Part shown: piece by piece, positions 26,871 to 40,479 of the stretch
Layout of the letters: every line of letters starts with the position of its first letter
Numbering within the stretch: the stretch's first letter is position 1
NCBI RefSeq assembly: GCF_001194135.2
Contig: NC_068981.1
Span: 100,365,318-100,429,317 of the forward strand
Length of the DNA: 64,000 nucleotides
Direction of reading: 5' to 3'
From: Octopus bimaculoides
Taxonomy: Eukaryota
The notes under the pieces: model-generated
What the model was told of the DNA's origin: nothing
The model's database searches: none
Seen by the model: only the letters and a program-made list of their open reading frames with translations
Position numbers and translations under genes: made by a program

Positions 26871-28594
26871 TCAAGAACCAGCAATGACACAGAAAGTCAT
26901 TTATTCATACATACATACAAACATACATACATACATACACACGCACACATACACATGCATGATATGCACAAATACACACACATGTATGCATGCACACGCA
27001 CACATACATGCATGCATCCTTTTTTTTCTATGATAAATTTGTTCTGTACATATATTGCATCCTTACACTACAAGTGATGTGGCTGAATATGTCTATACTA
27101 TTCACAATTCATTTGTAGCATAATGTATTGAGCTTTAAATTATTGTTCATGCATTGAACATAACTCATTATAACAAGATATATAATTGTAGAGCTGTACT
27201 CATCTGGTAAGTGACGCCTCACAAAATAAATGAGAGGGGAATTTAATGCTGTATGGGGCACAAAAGAGATATTGCTTGTTTCTTTTTTTTTTTTTAGTAA
27301 AATGGTTCTTCCAAGATGTAATGACTGCTTATATAATGTTCTTTGGGGATTAAAAATAGAGCTATGAAAATTCCTTGGGACAGGGAGTGAAATAAGATTG
27401 AATATTATTTGATTAGTTCAAGGACAATATTAGAAATTGTAATCATGACCATTTTTTCCGATAACAGTGGGTAGAGGCATTCTATTTACTACATTACATT
27501 CATTTCAGATATTATTTACTCACAACTCTCTTCAACATAGCAAATTTCTGCAACAACTTTTATATTCATTCACTTATTTCAGTTGTGCGAGCTTCAAAAG
27601 CACAGAAAAAGCAAATATGTTGTTAATACTGAGATTAAATTTATATCCAACTATGTCCTCTATAAAGATTACATTTCTATTGCAGTTTATGCAAGCTTTG
27701 TCCACTTATACATCACTGGTCTGTGATCAACTATGTATCATTTACTGTGACAGATGTATTAAGTGTATGCCATAAGTTTTGTGCTATAGCTAGTATTTAT
27801 AATTTAAGTCATGTGCTCTACTATTTTGATTTATATTATAAGCTACAAAATTCCTATTGTGTGACTTGAAGCTGGTCAGGTTGGCTGGATGTTGACTACA
27901 TTCCATCACCAGCAATATTCTGTCTCTTTAAAAAGGATACACAATTCTCAAAGATCTTAAACTGAACTCTGAAAGAATCAGTCCACCAAGCCATTGGCAA
28001 GTACCATGAGGAGAATTTAAATGATAGTTGTATAAATGATTATTGTTTTGTTAGCTTACCATGTTAAATTCAAACTGTGTTATGGAAAGAGTTTGATATT
28101 ACTACCCAAAATGATTTTAATCTTTGTTTAGTCAAGGATGAGATCTAGCTGCTCCTACCATTTCTCAACTAGTTGATGTCAAGAGAATTTCATATAAATT
28201 CAGTATGCTCTCAGATCTTTTGTTGACACTTAAATTTACTTACAAAATACTTAATTCAACTAACAAGATATTTAATTACATTTAAAAAGATACTTAATCC
28301 GACTTACTCAAGGATAAACAGCTATTAAAGCTATTATTTAACATTACACATGTTATCTTAGATTGCAGTTAGGATTTGCAAATAACATTAGTGTCACTAG
28401 TATTAAGTAGCTTTTATCAGCCAAACCAGAAGACCAATGATATAGAAGCAACTGATCAAACAAAATATTCTGTCACTGTTTCTATCAACTATCATCTTAT
28501 CTTTGTTGTGGATTGGCATGGCTGTATGATTAAGAAGTTTGCTTCCCAGTCACATAGGTTCAGATTCAATTTTATTACACCTTGGGTAAATGCC

Positions 28595-28634
<40 letters not shown>

Positions 28635-31600
28635 CAGGGTCATGTGTGTACATGTCAGCAAAAGACATACACAACAGCAACAAAACTAACAATCAACAGG
28701 TCTATCAAATAAAAGTACATGGTATTTATTACACCCAAGTTTCACAAACACTACCTTGTCACTCTTACTATCAGAAAAACACAAAGAAATGTTGATCTAA
28801 TACTTAAGAGATTAGACAATGTAAAAAGCTGGAACAAATACTGCAAAACATTTCATCTTACTCTCTGACTACTCAACCAATTCACCCCTCTGAAGTGGTT
28901 CCTTATTTATCAACTGTGAAAAGATAAAAGGCAAAGTTGCCCTTGATGGTATTTGAACTCAGATCACAGAAAGTCAGAAGTTACATGGTATTTTGTCTAC
29001 ATCCTAATGTCTGGCAATATGTCACACCTATCCTACATCAGACATGGTCTTCATTAAACACCTTAATCTGTTTTTTATCAGCCAAAACTAGTTGTAAGGA
29101 AAAGAAGGGGAAGTAAAGAGGAAACAGAAGAAGAGGAGAGACAGTGGGGACGGTAGAGACAGAAGGAAAAAGATGATGATATGTTTTATTGTCAGATTGT
29201 TGTCTGCTTCCAAATCATAAAATATTATCTAAACAAAATTGCAGCTCATTTTTAACACATCATTTGAAGGAGTGTGTGCATTTGCATTTATAAACAAGAA
29301 ACTTCATGTAGAATATCGTTTTCTGTTGTTGTATGTGCAATCATGAACATATCATGATCAGTGTATGCATTGGAGCATACATAATTAGTAAGATATTTTA
29401 CATAGGTCTCTGAAATGTAAGGCTATCAGAATTTAAAATCAAGGTTAGTCAACTGTGTTAATTTAGTTCAGAAACATATTTCACTCAATTGCTGATCTGA
29501 GATAAAATTATGGCAGAAGTAGAAAAAGATGCAAACAAGAAACAAAACCAAACAAAAGAAATAATAAAGAATGGAAATCAATCAATGAAAATATACCACC
29601 AATCAGAATCCACTAATCAATAGAGGAATTTAACTTCATGAACATATTTGTTTTGCTGCTTGTTTTCCTGTAGAATTTCATTTCCATACAATGAAAGGAT
29701 TTGTACATTAAATGCGTTTTTAATGTTAAGTTTATATTTTAGCTAGAAACCAAATGTCTTTTAAATCATCATGCTTGAACAGTTAAGCAATATTTTAGTA
29801 ATATTCATAAGTCTCCTACTTGGTCTATTTATTAGCAATTATCTCTAGCAGTTTATATTATATTATGTTTGTTATTCACAAGTGTACACCTGGGGCTGTC
29901 TGTTAAGCATTATGACAATCTCCAAATGTTCTACATTACTAAATTGTATTTGATATCCATAGATGTTCACTTGAAAGCATCTATTAAAATATTTTTCATT
30001 ATCAACTTCATAATCTATTGGTGATTTAGTAGAAACGGTAGCACACAGACCAAATTGTTATGCAATAAAATAGTAAGTAGTGTCAGAGGGAACTAATGAC
30101 AGCCTACATCAACAGATAGTAATACAAAAAGTTCACATAGTGGAATAAATAATTTAGCTAAGAGGAAGAAGAGAATTTAACATTTCAAGCAGAAATCTAC
30201 ATCAAAAAGATATGTAGGTTTCTGCTTAAAACATTAGATTTTTCTTCTTCCTCACAGCAAATTATTTTATTCCATTTTGTGAACTAAATGTTTTATACAG
30301 TATTTAGTTTTCTGTCTATATTGTGAATTTTACACTGGCAATGAATAACTTGGCACTTCATTCCTTTGTGTTTGACTTCAACTGACTTCATTCTCTCATC
30401 TATAATGTTTGGTCTGGTACCTAGCTGAAAAGAAACTATAATGGCATGGCTATCAAAATAATAATAATTATTGTTTTATCCAATAATATTTATTCTTTCA
30501 TTATTAACTTCATCTTTGGAGATGTAAAATATTTTACATTTACGTCTACATTAAGCCACTGATGCATGCAGTGAAGTGGGAACCTTTTATGTCTAAACTA
30601 AGAGTAACAATGTTCTTTTTCACTAATACACACCAGCAGATACACTGGTAAATTGACTTACAAACATTTTAGTATCATTTACTTGTCAAAAACATCAAAC
30701 GCCCAAGCAATCTGATGTTTATGACAACTTTTTATACTCCTTCATACATTTGCTACCATAGTTTGCAAGCTTTGGATTCATATTGATTGCTTTGGTGAAA
30801 AAGGTGTACCTTACACACAATCAAATATGATAAATATGAACATTTAACTAAAAGTAGTCACAGGAGGATCATGATCATAAGACTGTTGGTTCAATTCTTA
30901 CACCAGGCAATGTGTTGTGTCCTTGAGTGAGACACTTCATTTCATGTTGCATGAACATCAAACAGGTGCTGGTACAGCCATCTTTCCCTTCAGCCATCAC
31001 ATCCTGGATGTTCCACTAGGTTAAAAGTGAGGGCAGGAATAAGAGGATATCTATGTCTACACTTAACCTAGACATCCAAAACAATTAGTAAAAGCATGGG
31101 AAATGTTACCAAGTCTTACTCTTTAACAATTGACATCTGGCTATATTACAAGGGTCAGTATTGAAAGTGTTCTGTCAGAGATGAATTGTTAATTAGATTA
31201 TAATTGTTAGAGTAACCTCTTTTTACAAGTTCATAATTAAAAAAAAAATACAATAAATCTACTGAGTATTTCAATCAGTTTGATCTCTGACGATCATTAT
31301 TAGGTATTTTATTCCTGAATATATGCATATACCCAACTGGATTTGAACTAGGTACCTTTATCCCTAAACTAAGGCTAGTAATACTTATCCATTAAGTAAT
31401 ACTTATCCATTAAGCCAGTATTTCTAAAAGTAGGTTCTGAGGAATATCGAGGTTCCACCAAAATATTTTGAGATTCCACAAGGAAGGTGATCATCAAATA
31501 TAATTAAATAAAAATTTAGTTTTCACCATTCATTATTCACCATTTGAAGGTAATATTATTATCTAACATTATATTGTATAACATTACATTTCTTACGTAT

Positions 31601-31816
31601 ATGAATAAATTTTCTCTTTAAAACACTTTTAGTTTCATATTAGGGTGTCAATAGAATATAAGTATGAGTTCTGTGGTTTTGGAAAATCATGTAAACAATA
31701 CAAAATGAGGAAGGTATAATGAGGGGGAGAGGGAGTGGTGGCTAGCAAAAAGTAGGGATGGCAATAAAGTGAGAATAGAATACAAACATACCACCACTTT
31801 GTACACTGGTGACATG

Positions 31817-31910
<94 letters not shown>

Positions 31911-32039
31911 TAGAGTGAGAATAGGTAAGCACACAGATTGAAGAGGAAAATGTGACAGACAAGAGATTAATGAAAAGATGGAGAATTTATGAAGAATTCA
32001 TATGAGAGAGAAACCCAAATGTAGATGTTATATGTACCC

Positions 32040-32800
32040 AAATCCATTGCTGTTATAATCATTTTTATGTCTATTTTTCCATGGCTATATAGGTTGGATG
32101 GATTTTCTCCAGCACAATGTTTCACCACAAGTCATAGTCCTGTGTTCTTTTTGTCATGTAAGCTCAGCCTTTGAAAATCAGTTTCACCACTTCATCCCAT
32201 GTCAAATTAGTTTCCCTCATCCACATATTTTATCCACTTGGAATACTCAGTATTTCTTTATCCCACTCACATCTTCCATACACATCACATGCCAACACCA
32301 ATGTAATCCTCTTTCTTATATACAACATCTAGAAACATGTATTGTAATATGTATAGTAATATGCAAAACATCCATTTACTTCATCCTTATTATTATAAAT
32401 AACATTGCATTAAATGTACCAATTATTCCTTTGATATATCTAGTTTTTCTCTCAGCTCATATATGCTTCATCATTGAGGCACACAAACATTATACATACA
32501 ACAGAGTATGCTCTCTTCAGTTCTTTCTAGTCTTCACAGATCCTTCACATTCAAGGCTCATGTCTCACTACCATGTCCCACTGCCCTTCTTACACAAGCT
32601 TCATAGAATTTACTCTTCACTCAGAGGAAGAAACATTTTTGCCAGCAAAGTTCCCTGAACTTTTTCCACTCCATCCTTATTTTAACAGTTACAGTTTCAG
32701 AACAGACACCTCCATTGCTGAATTCATCTTCATTACTAATTAGATCATCTTTATTGCTAATTAGATCACCTAGCTAGAAAAAGTTCTCAATGACTACAGT
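32040..32800 (-). mobile_element. RTE LINE 3' region, interrupted by a templated insertion at about 32330-32443
   Basis: Minus strand reads ENFF.LGDLIS...RMEWKKFREL...YEACVRRAVGHGSET.ALNV..LERTE, followed by the family 3' UTR. Confidence 0.8.
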
Positions 32801-32933
32801 GGAGCATTTGAAAAAGTTTACATGATATATATATTGGTAACTTTACAAGACATGTAACTAAACCTTTCATTTAACACCCGTTTTCCAGGCTGATATGGGT
32901 TGGACAGATATATGAACAAAAACACACACACGC

Positions 32934-33046
<113 letters not shown>

Positions 33047-33516
33047 GCACACACACAATAAAAAAAGAAGTGGTCAATTAAATTAGATCAAGGCACATCA
33101 ACAGTGAAGCACACTGCATGCTTTGGCTGGACTGTTTATTCCAGATAAATTAACCATTCAAATCCATGGTCAATGCAGAGTTGAAAAGATAGTTCACTGA
33201 TATTTGGTATCCTGCAAATCCAAGCATATATCAAAGGAATAATTGGTACATTTAATGCAATGTTATTTATAATAATAAGGATGAAGTAAATGGATGTTTT
33301 GCATATTACTATACATGTTTCAATAGCAAATCTTATTTATAAGGTGGGTACATTATACAATTTGGCATGTAAAAAAATGCAACATCATGTTACATTATGT
33401 AAGATCATATATTCATAAAACACAGCTTCTTCAGATAATATACCTTTGAATATTTTTTTAGGGATATGCCACCAAATGTTTAGTGATAAATGGAATTCAA
33501 TGAAAGGATAAAAATA

Positions 33517-34804
33517 TTGGGTCATCCCATAAATGATGTGGTTTTTTTCAACTGCATGAACTAAAAGTCGAAGGGGGATGGGATAAACTACCTGCATCAA
33601 CTTGCTATAAAAGCAGGCTGTAATTTTACCTTTGTACTTATTCTTAGTGCAAGTTTTGAAGAGTGCAGTTCAGTTTTAACAGTTATTTTTTTCAAAGCTA
33701 TAATGGAAGTGACAAAGGAGCATGTTCAGCATATTTTGCTTTATGAGTTCAATAAAGGCAATAACGCAACGGAAAGTGTGAGGAATATTAATGCAGTGTA
33801 TCGAGATTGGACAATAAGCATAAACCGGTGTCAACAGTGGTTCCAGAAATTCTGAGCCAGAAACTACAGTCTAGAAGACGAGCCTCATCCTGGAAGATCT
33901 GTAGAACTTGATGAAGATGTCCTGCAAACACTTGTGGAACAAAATTCCATCATAACTGTTGAGGAACTAGCAGAAAAGCTGGGATTTGGTCATTCAACCA
34001 TGCATTTCCACCTGTGTGCCATCAGAAAAGTCAGCAAACTGGGTCAATGGCTTCTTCACAAACTTTACGAGTTTAATCGCGCGCAGAGAGTGAATGTGTG
34101 CTCTACTTTGCTGTCACATGTCACAAATGAACCTTCTTTTGACTGAATAGTAACTGGTGACAAGAAATGGGTTCTCTATAAAAATGTCAAGTGCCAAAAG
34201 CAGCAGGTAGGGAAAGGAGAAACACCAATACCGCAGGCTATAGAAGGTCTTCACCCATGTAAGGTGTTGTTATCTGTTTGGAGGGATATGAAAGGTTTAG
34301 TCCACTTTGAACTTTTAAACCCAAACCAAACAATAACAAAGGAGATCTAATGGGAGTAACTTGAGCAGTTTAAGTCAGTGCTAGAAGAAAAACGACCATC
34401 TTTGGTTTCAAGACAAAATGTGTACTTCCATCAGAATAATACTTGGCCACATACAGCAAGGATGACATTCCAAAGGCTGGACCAGTTTGAATGAGAAACA
34501 ATACCCCACCCACCATATTCATCGAACATTGCCCCATCTGATTATCATTTATTCTGCAGTCTTCAAAACCATTTAGATGGAAAAAACATGAATTCTGTAG
34601 ATCAAGTCAGAACAGTAGTGGAGGAGTATTTTTCATCACAGACAAATCAATTTGGAAGAGGGACCTTGCAAATCTACCAGATATATGAAGAGAATTGTAT
34701 AAAATGAAGGAGAGTATATTTTAGACTACAAAAGAACATTATTTATCTTAATTTTGAAAAATAAAAGAAGTATAAAAAACCGCATTATTTATGAGATGAC
34801 CCAA
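33517..34804 (+). mobile_element. Full-length (1288 bp) mariner fossil; transposase pseudogene at about 33703-34726
   Basis: TIRs TTGGGTCATC(C/T)CATAAAT(G/A)ATG(T/C)GGTTTTTT at both ends with TA flanks. Reads MEVTKEHVQHILLYEFNKG...DEPHPGRSVE...VTGDKKWVLY...YSSNIAPSDYHLF. Several stops. Confidence 0.95.
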
Positions 34805-35129
34805 TATATAGAATGCTTGATTTGAAGAATTTAGAAATGGTGGGAGTAAATATTTAAGCCATTATTTAAATATGTCATGATGGGAGAAGAAAAATGAATT
34901 GGCAATAGGATAGACATGGGAGAACTAAACAGTCATTAGTATTAGAAGAAAAGAAAGAAGGAGTAATGTTAAACTAATTCATATTGATATTTAAATTAGA
35001 ACCAGTAATTCCGTTTTTAAAAACTATTTCATTACAGATATGTAATAAATGTATTTGTTCAAGTGAGGAAAGCATTTAAATGACTATGATACAAAAGGAA
35101 TCAAAGGTAATTAAAAAAAATTTTCATCC

Positions 35130-35460
35130 CATCTCAGCGAACCATGACAAATCACCATGTGAGACTTGGGCCTTGGTGCAGAGAGCTATGGAAAGGATGT
35201 TAGAGTGAAGGACATTGTTGCAGAATACCACCATACAAAGCTACGATGGGCCAGTCGTGTTGCAGGGTTCACAGACGATTGGTAGACCCATGCTGTTGTT
35301 GAGTGGCACCTGTGTGAGTGGAAGAGACCACTCAGAAGACCTCCAGTCAGGTGGGGAGATGATTTAAGAAAAATGTTTGGAGCAACGTAAAGGAGAATGG
35401 CAAGAGCATAAGGGGAATGAAGCAAATGCTGTGGCCAATGGAGCCGACACGGCACCAGAC
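35130..35460 (+). mobile_element. RTE LINE C-terminal fragment (different family)
   Basis: Reads KLRWASRVAGFTDDW...VVEW...KRPLRRPPVRWGDDL. Confidence 0.8.
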
Positions 35461-35892
35461 AGCCCGGCTGGTTTCTTATCCTGTTATCAGTATTGCATAA
35501 AGTCCTTAAATAAGTATCCTGAGAGGCAAGAAAATGTTTTCAGTAAAATATAAATTCATGATACAGGAATTGTAACTTAAAACGTTAGTCATGCATCTAC
35601 TTTGCCTCTGGAATAGCCTTTCTAATGATGTACCTTTTTACAAAATATACAGATCCAACCTGAAATCTTATGGGAAAACAGGTGAGAAAAAAAAGTATGT
35701 ATACAAAGCAAAAGACAAAATACTGAATTAAACTTAAAAACACTTGAGCACAAACACTTAGTAATTCTTTTGAAATTGCAATTTAAATGACAAAAAGGCA
35801 ACAATATATTTATAAAATAATGAGAAATGGAGAAAGTTTAAAAGGAAATTGTTAAAAATATCTTCATAATAAAATAAATAACAATTACTTAC

Positions 35893-36239
35893 TTAGAAAG
35901 TGATGTGGCTCTTCTAGACTATTCCATCTGGCAGCAGCAGAAGCACATCTTATATTAATAGCATTAGCATCATTTTTAAGATGATGAATGCCAACACTGT
36001 CGATAGTCTCTTTATCTGTTACTCCGCCATTATTCTCCTGATCATTATTACCATTGAAAACTTCAATTACAAAAATTGGATTATCCAGACCTTTTTTCTT
36101 GTCAGGTGCATCGTTTTCTGTCTTGTTTATTTCTTTTAATAAAGGAACTTTAATATTCTCGCAAAGTGTTTCATTAACAGCAGCTTTTCCTTCACTAGAT
36201 TCACTTGACTGTTTGACATGCATCTTGGTTAGATTTGTG
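35893..36239 (-). CDS. Probable internal coding exon of an unidentified - strand gene (low-complexity cytoplasmic-like segment with GLDNPIFVIE and RWNSLEEPHHFL)
   Basis: 347-nt stop-free exon between the acceptor tttatttcactcatttcag (36240-41) and the donor A|GTAAGT (35892). Starts in phase 2 and ends in phase 1. Composition is protein-like. Confidence 0.65.
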
Positions 36240-36312
36240 CTGAAATGAGTGAAATAAACATGGTTTTTAAATTCTGTTATGTTTAAGAAATATATAAAGT
36301 TAATATAAAGTT

Positions 36313-36710
36313 CGCAGGAGTGGCTGTGTGGTAAGTAGCTTGCTTACCAACCACATGGTTCCAGGTTCAGTCCTACTGCGTGGCACCTTGGTCAAGTGTC
36401 TTCTACTATAGCCTTGGGCCGACCAAAGCCTTGTGAGTGGATTTGGTAGACAGAAACTGAAAGAAGCCTATCGTATATATGTATATGTATATATATGTGT
36501 GTTTGTGTGTCTGTGTTTGTCCCCCCAACATCGCTTGACAACCGATGCTGGTGTGTTTATGTCCCCGTAACTTAGCGGTTCAGCAAAAGAGACGATAGAA
36601 TAAGTACTAGGCTTACAAAGAATAGGTCCTGGGGTCGATTTGCTCGACTAAAGGCAGTGCTCCAGCATGGCCACAGTCAAATGACTGAAACAAGTAAAAG
36701 AGTAAAGAGT
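36313..36710 (+). mobile_element. Full-length SINE family A (tRNA head, internal TA/TG microsatellite)
   Basis: A box TGGCTGTGTGG and B-box-like GGTTCAGTCC, with many homologous copies in the window. Confidence 0.9.
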
Positions 36711-37014
36711 ACAATAATAGTCTAAAGTGGAGAATTTGTTTTGTTTTTGTTTTTTCTTTTTGCTTTTTTTTAGTGCTTAGTCACAAGGGCAGAACAGTGC
36801 ACATGGTCCTTTACACAGACTCTAAGACTAGTGGGAACAAGGGAGACAGGGAAATATCCTTAAATCAAAAACTTGGTCTGAATATTTACAACAGAGTGGA
36901 CTCCGCTAAAGTCCCCCCACAGACCAGATATTGGTGTTAAACTGAGCACCAGATTAAGTGTCTCACCTAAGCAGGCCACAGTGAGATTTAAACTCAGAAT
37001 GTAAAGAGTTAATA

Positions 37015-37768
37015 TCAGGTCATCCCATAAGTTCTGTCCGATTTTAACTTTTTTTAAAATTGAATGAAATTTAATAGTATTTTAGAATGTCTAATGGAAT
37101 TAAAAATTATTTTTATGCATTAGTGTACCTTTAAACTAATTAAATAGTATTTTAGAGAATAATAGAATTAAAATTTCTTTGATTAAAACCCTTTCTAACA
37201 TGGAGGTATCCAAAGGGCATTTAAGGCACATAATGCTTTATGAGTACAAAAAAATGAAACTCTGCAGCCGAAGCAACTTGAAACATACACTCAGTTCATG
37301 GGAAAGAATGCTTGAATGAAAGAACTTGCAGAAGATGGTTTGCAAAATTCAGAAGTGGAGATTTCAACCTTGAAGATGAAGATCAAACAGGATGTCCAGT
37401 TGAGTTTGATGATAAGCTCCTTGACGACGGATGGATCTTCTATCGAAATGTTAAATGTCGCAAACAGTGGCTTGGTAAAAGGGAAAAAGCTCAACCACAA
37501 CCGAGAAGGGAACTTCACGGAAAAAAGGTTCTCTCTATCTGGTGGGATTGCAAAGGAGTAATTCACTTTGAATTGTTACCACCTAATGCAACAATCAATG
37601 CTTAAGTCTACTGTCAGCAATTAGCGTGTTTGAACCAAGCTTTGAAGAAAAGATCCGCTTTAGTGAATTGAAAAGGAGTGATGTTTCATCAGGACAATGT
37701 GTGACCTCACACTGCAAAGATCACATCACAGAAGATCGAAGAGCTTGGTTGGGAAAAAATTCCTCCAT
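37015..37768 (+). mobile_element. 3'-truncated, internally deleted mariner related to 33517-34804
   Basis: Left TIR TCAGGTCATCCCATAAG after TA. ATG at 37200 gives MEVSKGHLRHIMLYEYKK. RRWFAKFRSGDFNLEDE..GCPVEFDDKLL is fused directly to DGWIFYRNV. Also SIWWDCKGVIHFELL. Confidence 0.9.
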
Positions 37769-38088
37769 TGATTGGATCAACTGGAACCCTCATCATCGTA
37801 ACTGATGGAGTGCTAGTTATACTAATTAGACAGTGAAGCTGCTGTACCTTATCTGTGGTTCAGTGTTTATGCATAGTTACTGCATAAATGCTTCGTAAAA
37901 GGATAGTAGTTGTTTAGCCCCCACAAGTTGGCTCGGATCAAGCAATGATATGATCAGAGACATCAAAGACCATCCCATGTTTTTCTATATTAACAATTAC
38001 AATATCGAATGTGTCTTTATTTTAGAAGATAGTAAGTGTGTGTTCTGAAATAGAGCTGGTTGCTATTTCTAGCATATTAAGCAACTAC

Positions 38089-38345
38089 ATTGCCTCATAA
38101 ATAGGTAAATAGATAATAGCACAGGTACAGCTTGCAATTGTGAGCACTAAAAACAATTTATAAACATCAAGTGTTCCATTAACATGTAGTATTGGAATCA
38201 AATTCACCTGCAATCCTTCAGAAGGAAAAGGGAACTCAGGGTGTGTTTCCTTAAAAATCTTGTTGATGCTTGATCTACCCAAGACACCTAGAGCTGCATG
38301 CAACTGAAGAGTGATCCTTATTATTTTGGAAGGTTCTTTAATATC
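38089..38345 (-). CDS. Probable coding exon of the same - strand gene, ending in a hydrophobic TM-like segment (DIKEPSKIIRITLQLHAALGVLG...KLFLVLTIASCTCAIIYLPIYEA)
   Basis: Acceptor ttaatttatag with the frame open for about 86 codons from that point. The donor AT|GTAGTT (weak) gives the phase 2 needed to join 35893-36239. The alternative donor CAG|GTGAAT would end the exon at 38208. Confidence 0.5.
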
Positions 38346-38649
38346 CTATAAATTAATGTATAGAAGGGACTGGGATGTGGCATGGATTTTATTTTGAGAT
38401 AGAAATGTAAATAGGAGTCGAACTGAGTTGAGTGATCACACACACACACACACATATATTGATACACATACATACATATACGCACACACATATATATATA
38501 TATACACACACATACATATACGCACACACATATATATATATACACACACAGATATGTATACATATATCTATATAGGTATCTACAAGTGTGTGTGTTTATA
38601 CACACACATATATCTATCTATAAAAATAAATGTAAAATAAACACTAACT

Positions 38650-39960
38650 TTAAAATGGATCAAAATCAGAGAATACTTACTCTTTCGAAAAACAGGAATA
38701 AGTATCAAAATTATGATCTAAACTTGAAGAATAATTTATGGTTAATCATTCTATTTGGTAAACAGGTCAATTTTACCAAGTTGTTTAATATAGCAATTCA
38801 AAAATATTTTCCAAGAAACCACAAATATTACAAAATTCTTAACTGATATAAGATTAGATTGGATTATTGTCTAAGCCATAATATTGCACAAATTATAGCA
38901 GCACATAATGTTAAAATAATATCGAAATTTCAAAAAAAGCGATTACAATCAGAATAGCATAATAAATTTGAAGCATAATAACACCAAATGCAACAAAAAA
39001 AATTAAAATAGTAGGGAACACTAAGAAATTAACTGAGGAGAAAGAAACAACCCAATTTAACATAAATAATAATGTCAAATCGAATAAAAATTCAGTTAGA
39101 AATTGAACAAAAATAACATTATCTAAAGGAGTAAATAGTAAAAAGGAACTTGGTGAAAATGAATTTAATTCTATAATGAATGATCAAATTGAATCTAAAT
39201 CTGATGGAAATATAAAAGGTTGTCTTTGCAATTGTTCTCAAAGAGAATCTTGTTATGTAGAAAATAAGGGTAAAACTAAAAATATATTATATAGATGTAT
39301 AGTTACATCTAAGGGTAAGGAATTCTTTTACATCGGTAGGGCATCATTAATTTTTAAGAAGAGACTGGTAAATCATTTGAGCTCATTTAAAGACAAAAAT
39401 AAAGGTTCCAAATGAGTCTTAGCAAATTAATCTGGTCTTTTAAGGATAATAACAAGGATTATATGAATAAATGAGAGTTAATTTGTACTACAAAACCATA
39501 CAAATGTGACCTATGTTTAGGAACCAATAGATGTGACCTATGTTTAGAAGAATTTTACAGGATTCTCACATCCAAGGGTAATGTAATAAATTCTAGATGT
39601 GAGCAAACATTGAGATTCTTGCACATGAGGAAATTCACTTTTGTAAAGTATAAATGAATAGTTATCATTTAAACTATACAAGGTTTGAAATGATGGACTG
39701 AAAATGTTTATCTAATAAGAACTTGAAATAGAGATTGTCTGTGTCTCACTTAACAGACAGCTCTCAATTATACAATGCAGAGTTTATAAAAGAATATCAT
39801 TAAACAGTCATAAAGAGGGATCCCTGAAGAGATTGCACCATTTTATAGTAGGGTTACAATTGCAACGATAATTAATCAGTGCAATTGAAACATGTGTTAG
39901 TCTTAAAAGGCTGTATATAATTATAGAATTAAAGGTAATGCTATTGCGACTTGAGAGTAA
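38650..39960 (+). mobile_element. Penelope-like element 3' part (linker plus GIY-YIG with CCHH-type motifs) and 3' region with a hammerhead motif
   Basis: Reads KYFPRNHKYYKILN..KIRLDYC...IAAHN, CNCSQRESCYVENK...ILYRC.V....FYIGRA..FKKRL.NH.SSF and CDLCLEE..IL. These match the PLE endonuclease layout. Confidence 0.88.
39819..39904 (+). ncRNA. Decayed type I hammerhead ribozyme motif
   Basis: GGATCC-CTGAAGA-GATTGCAC...GTGCAATT-GAAA-CATGTG-TT-AGTC. Most deviations look like CpG decay. Confidence 0.5.
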
Positions 39961-39980
39961 TCCTTATTTTTAATATTGTC

Positions 39981-40011
<31 letters not shown>

Positions 40012-40479
40012 AATTTGACATGGGCAAGTGTTGTATTCTTTCTTGTCTTGAGGTTCACAATCAAACGGTTGAGTGGATTCACATGAAAAATGGCACACAT
40101 GTGGAGATGGGTGCATAGCCCCGATAGTTACTGAGAAAATCGATTAAAACAACCTGTGTGTGTACACGTGTGTGCGTGTGAGTGTGTGTCACTGAAACCA
40201 TTCATACATACATACATACATACATACGTACATAACCACTCTCTCTCTCTTTCTCTCCCTCTGTCAATCACTCACACATTCACTCATTACAAAAACTGAA
40301 TGAAATTTCAGTTATCTCTCTCTCTCTCTCTCTCTCATATACACACACACCATCAACATTACTCTCTCTGTCTCTTCACACACACTCACAGAAGCAATTC
40401 ATATACACACCACACATTCTGTCTCTCACACCCCATCAAACACACACACACACACATATACACACTCACACACATGCAC

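Noticed and set aside
10788-29700. TACAATGAAAGGA seen three times (about 10788, 12280, 29687)
   Set aside because: It is a short AT-rich word with no shared flanks, compatible with chance.
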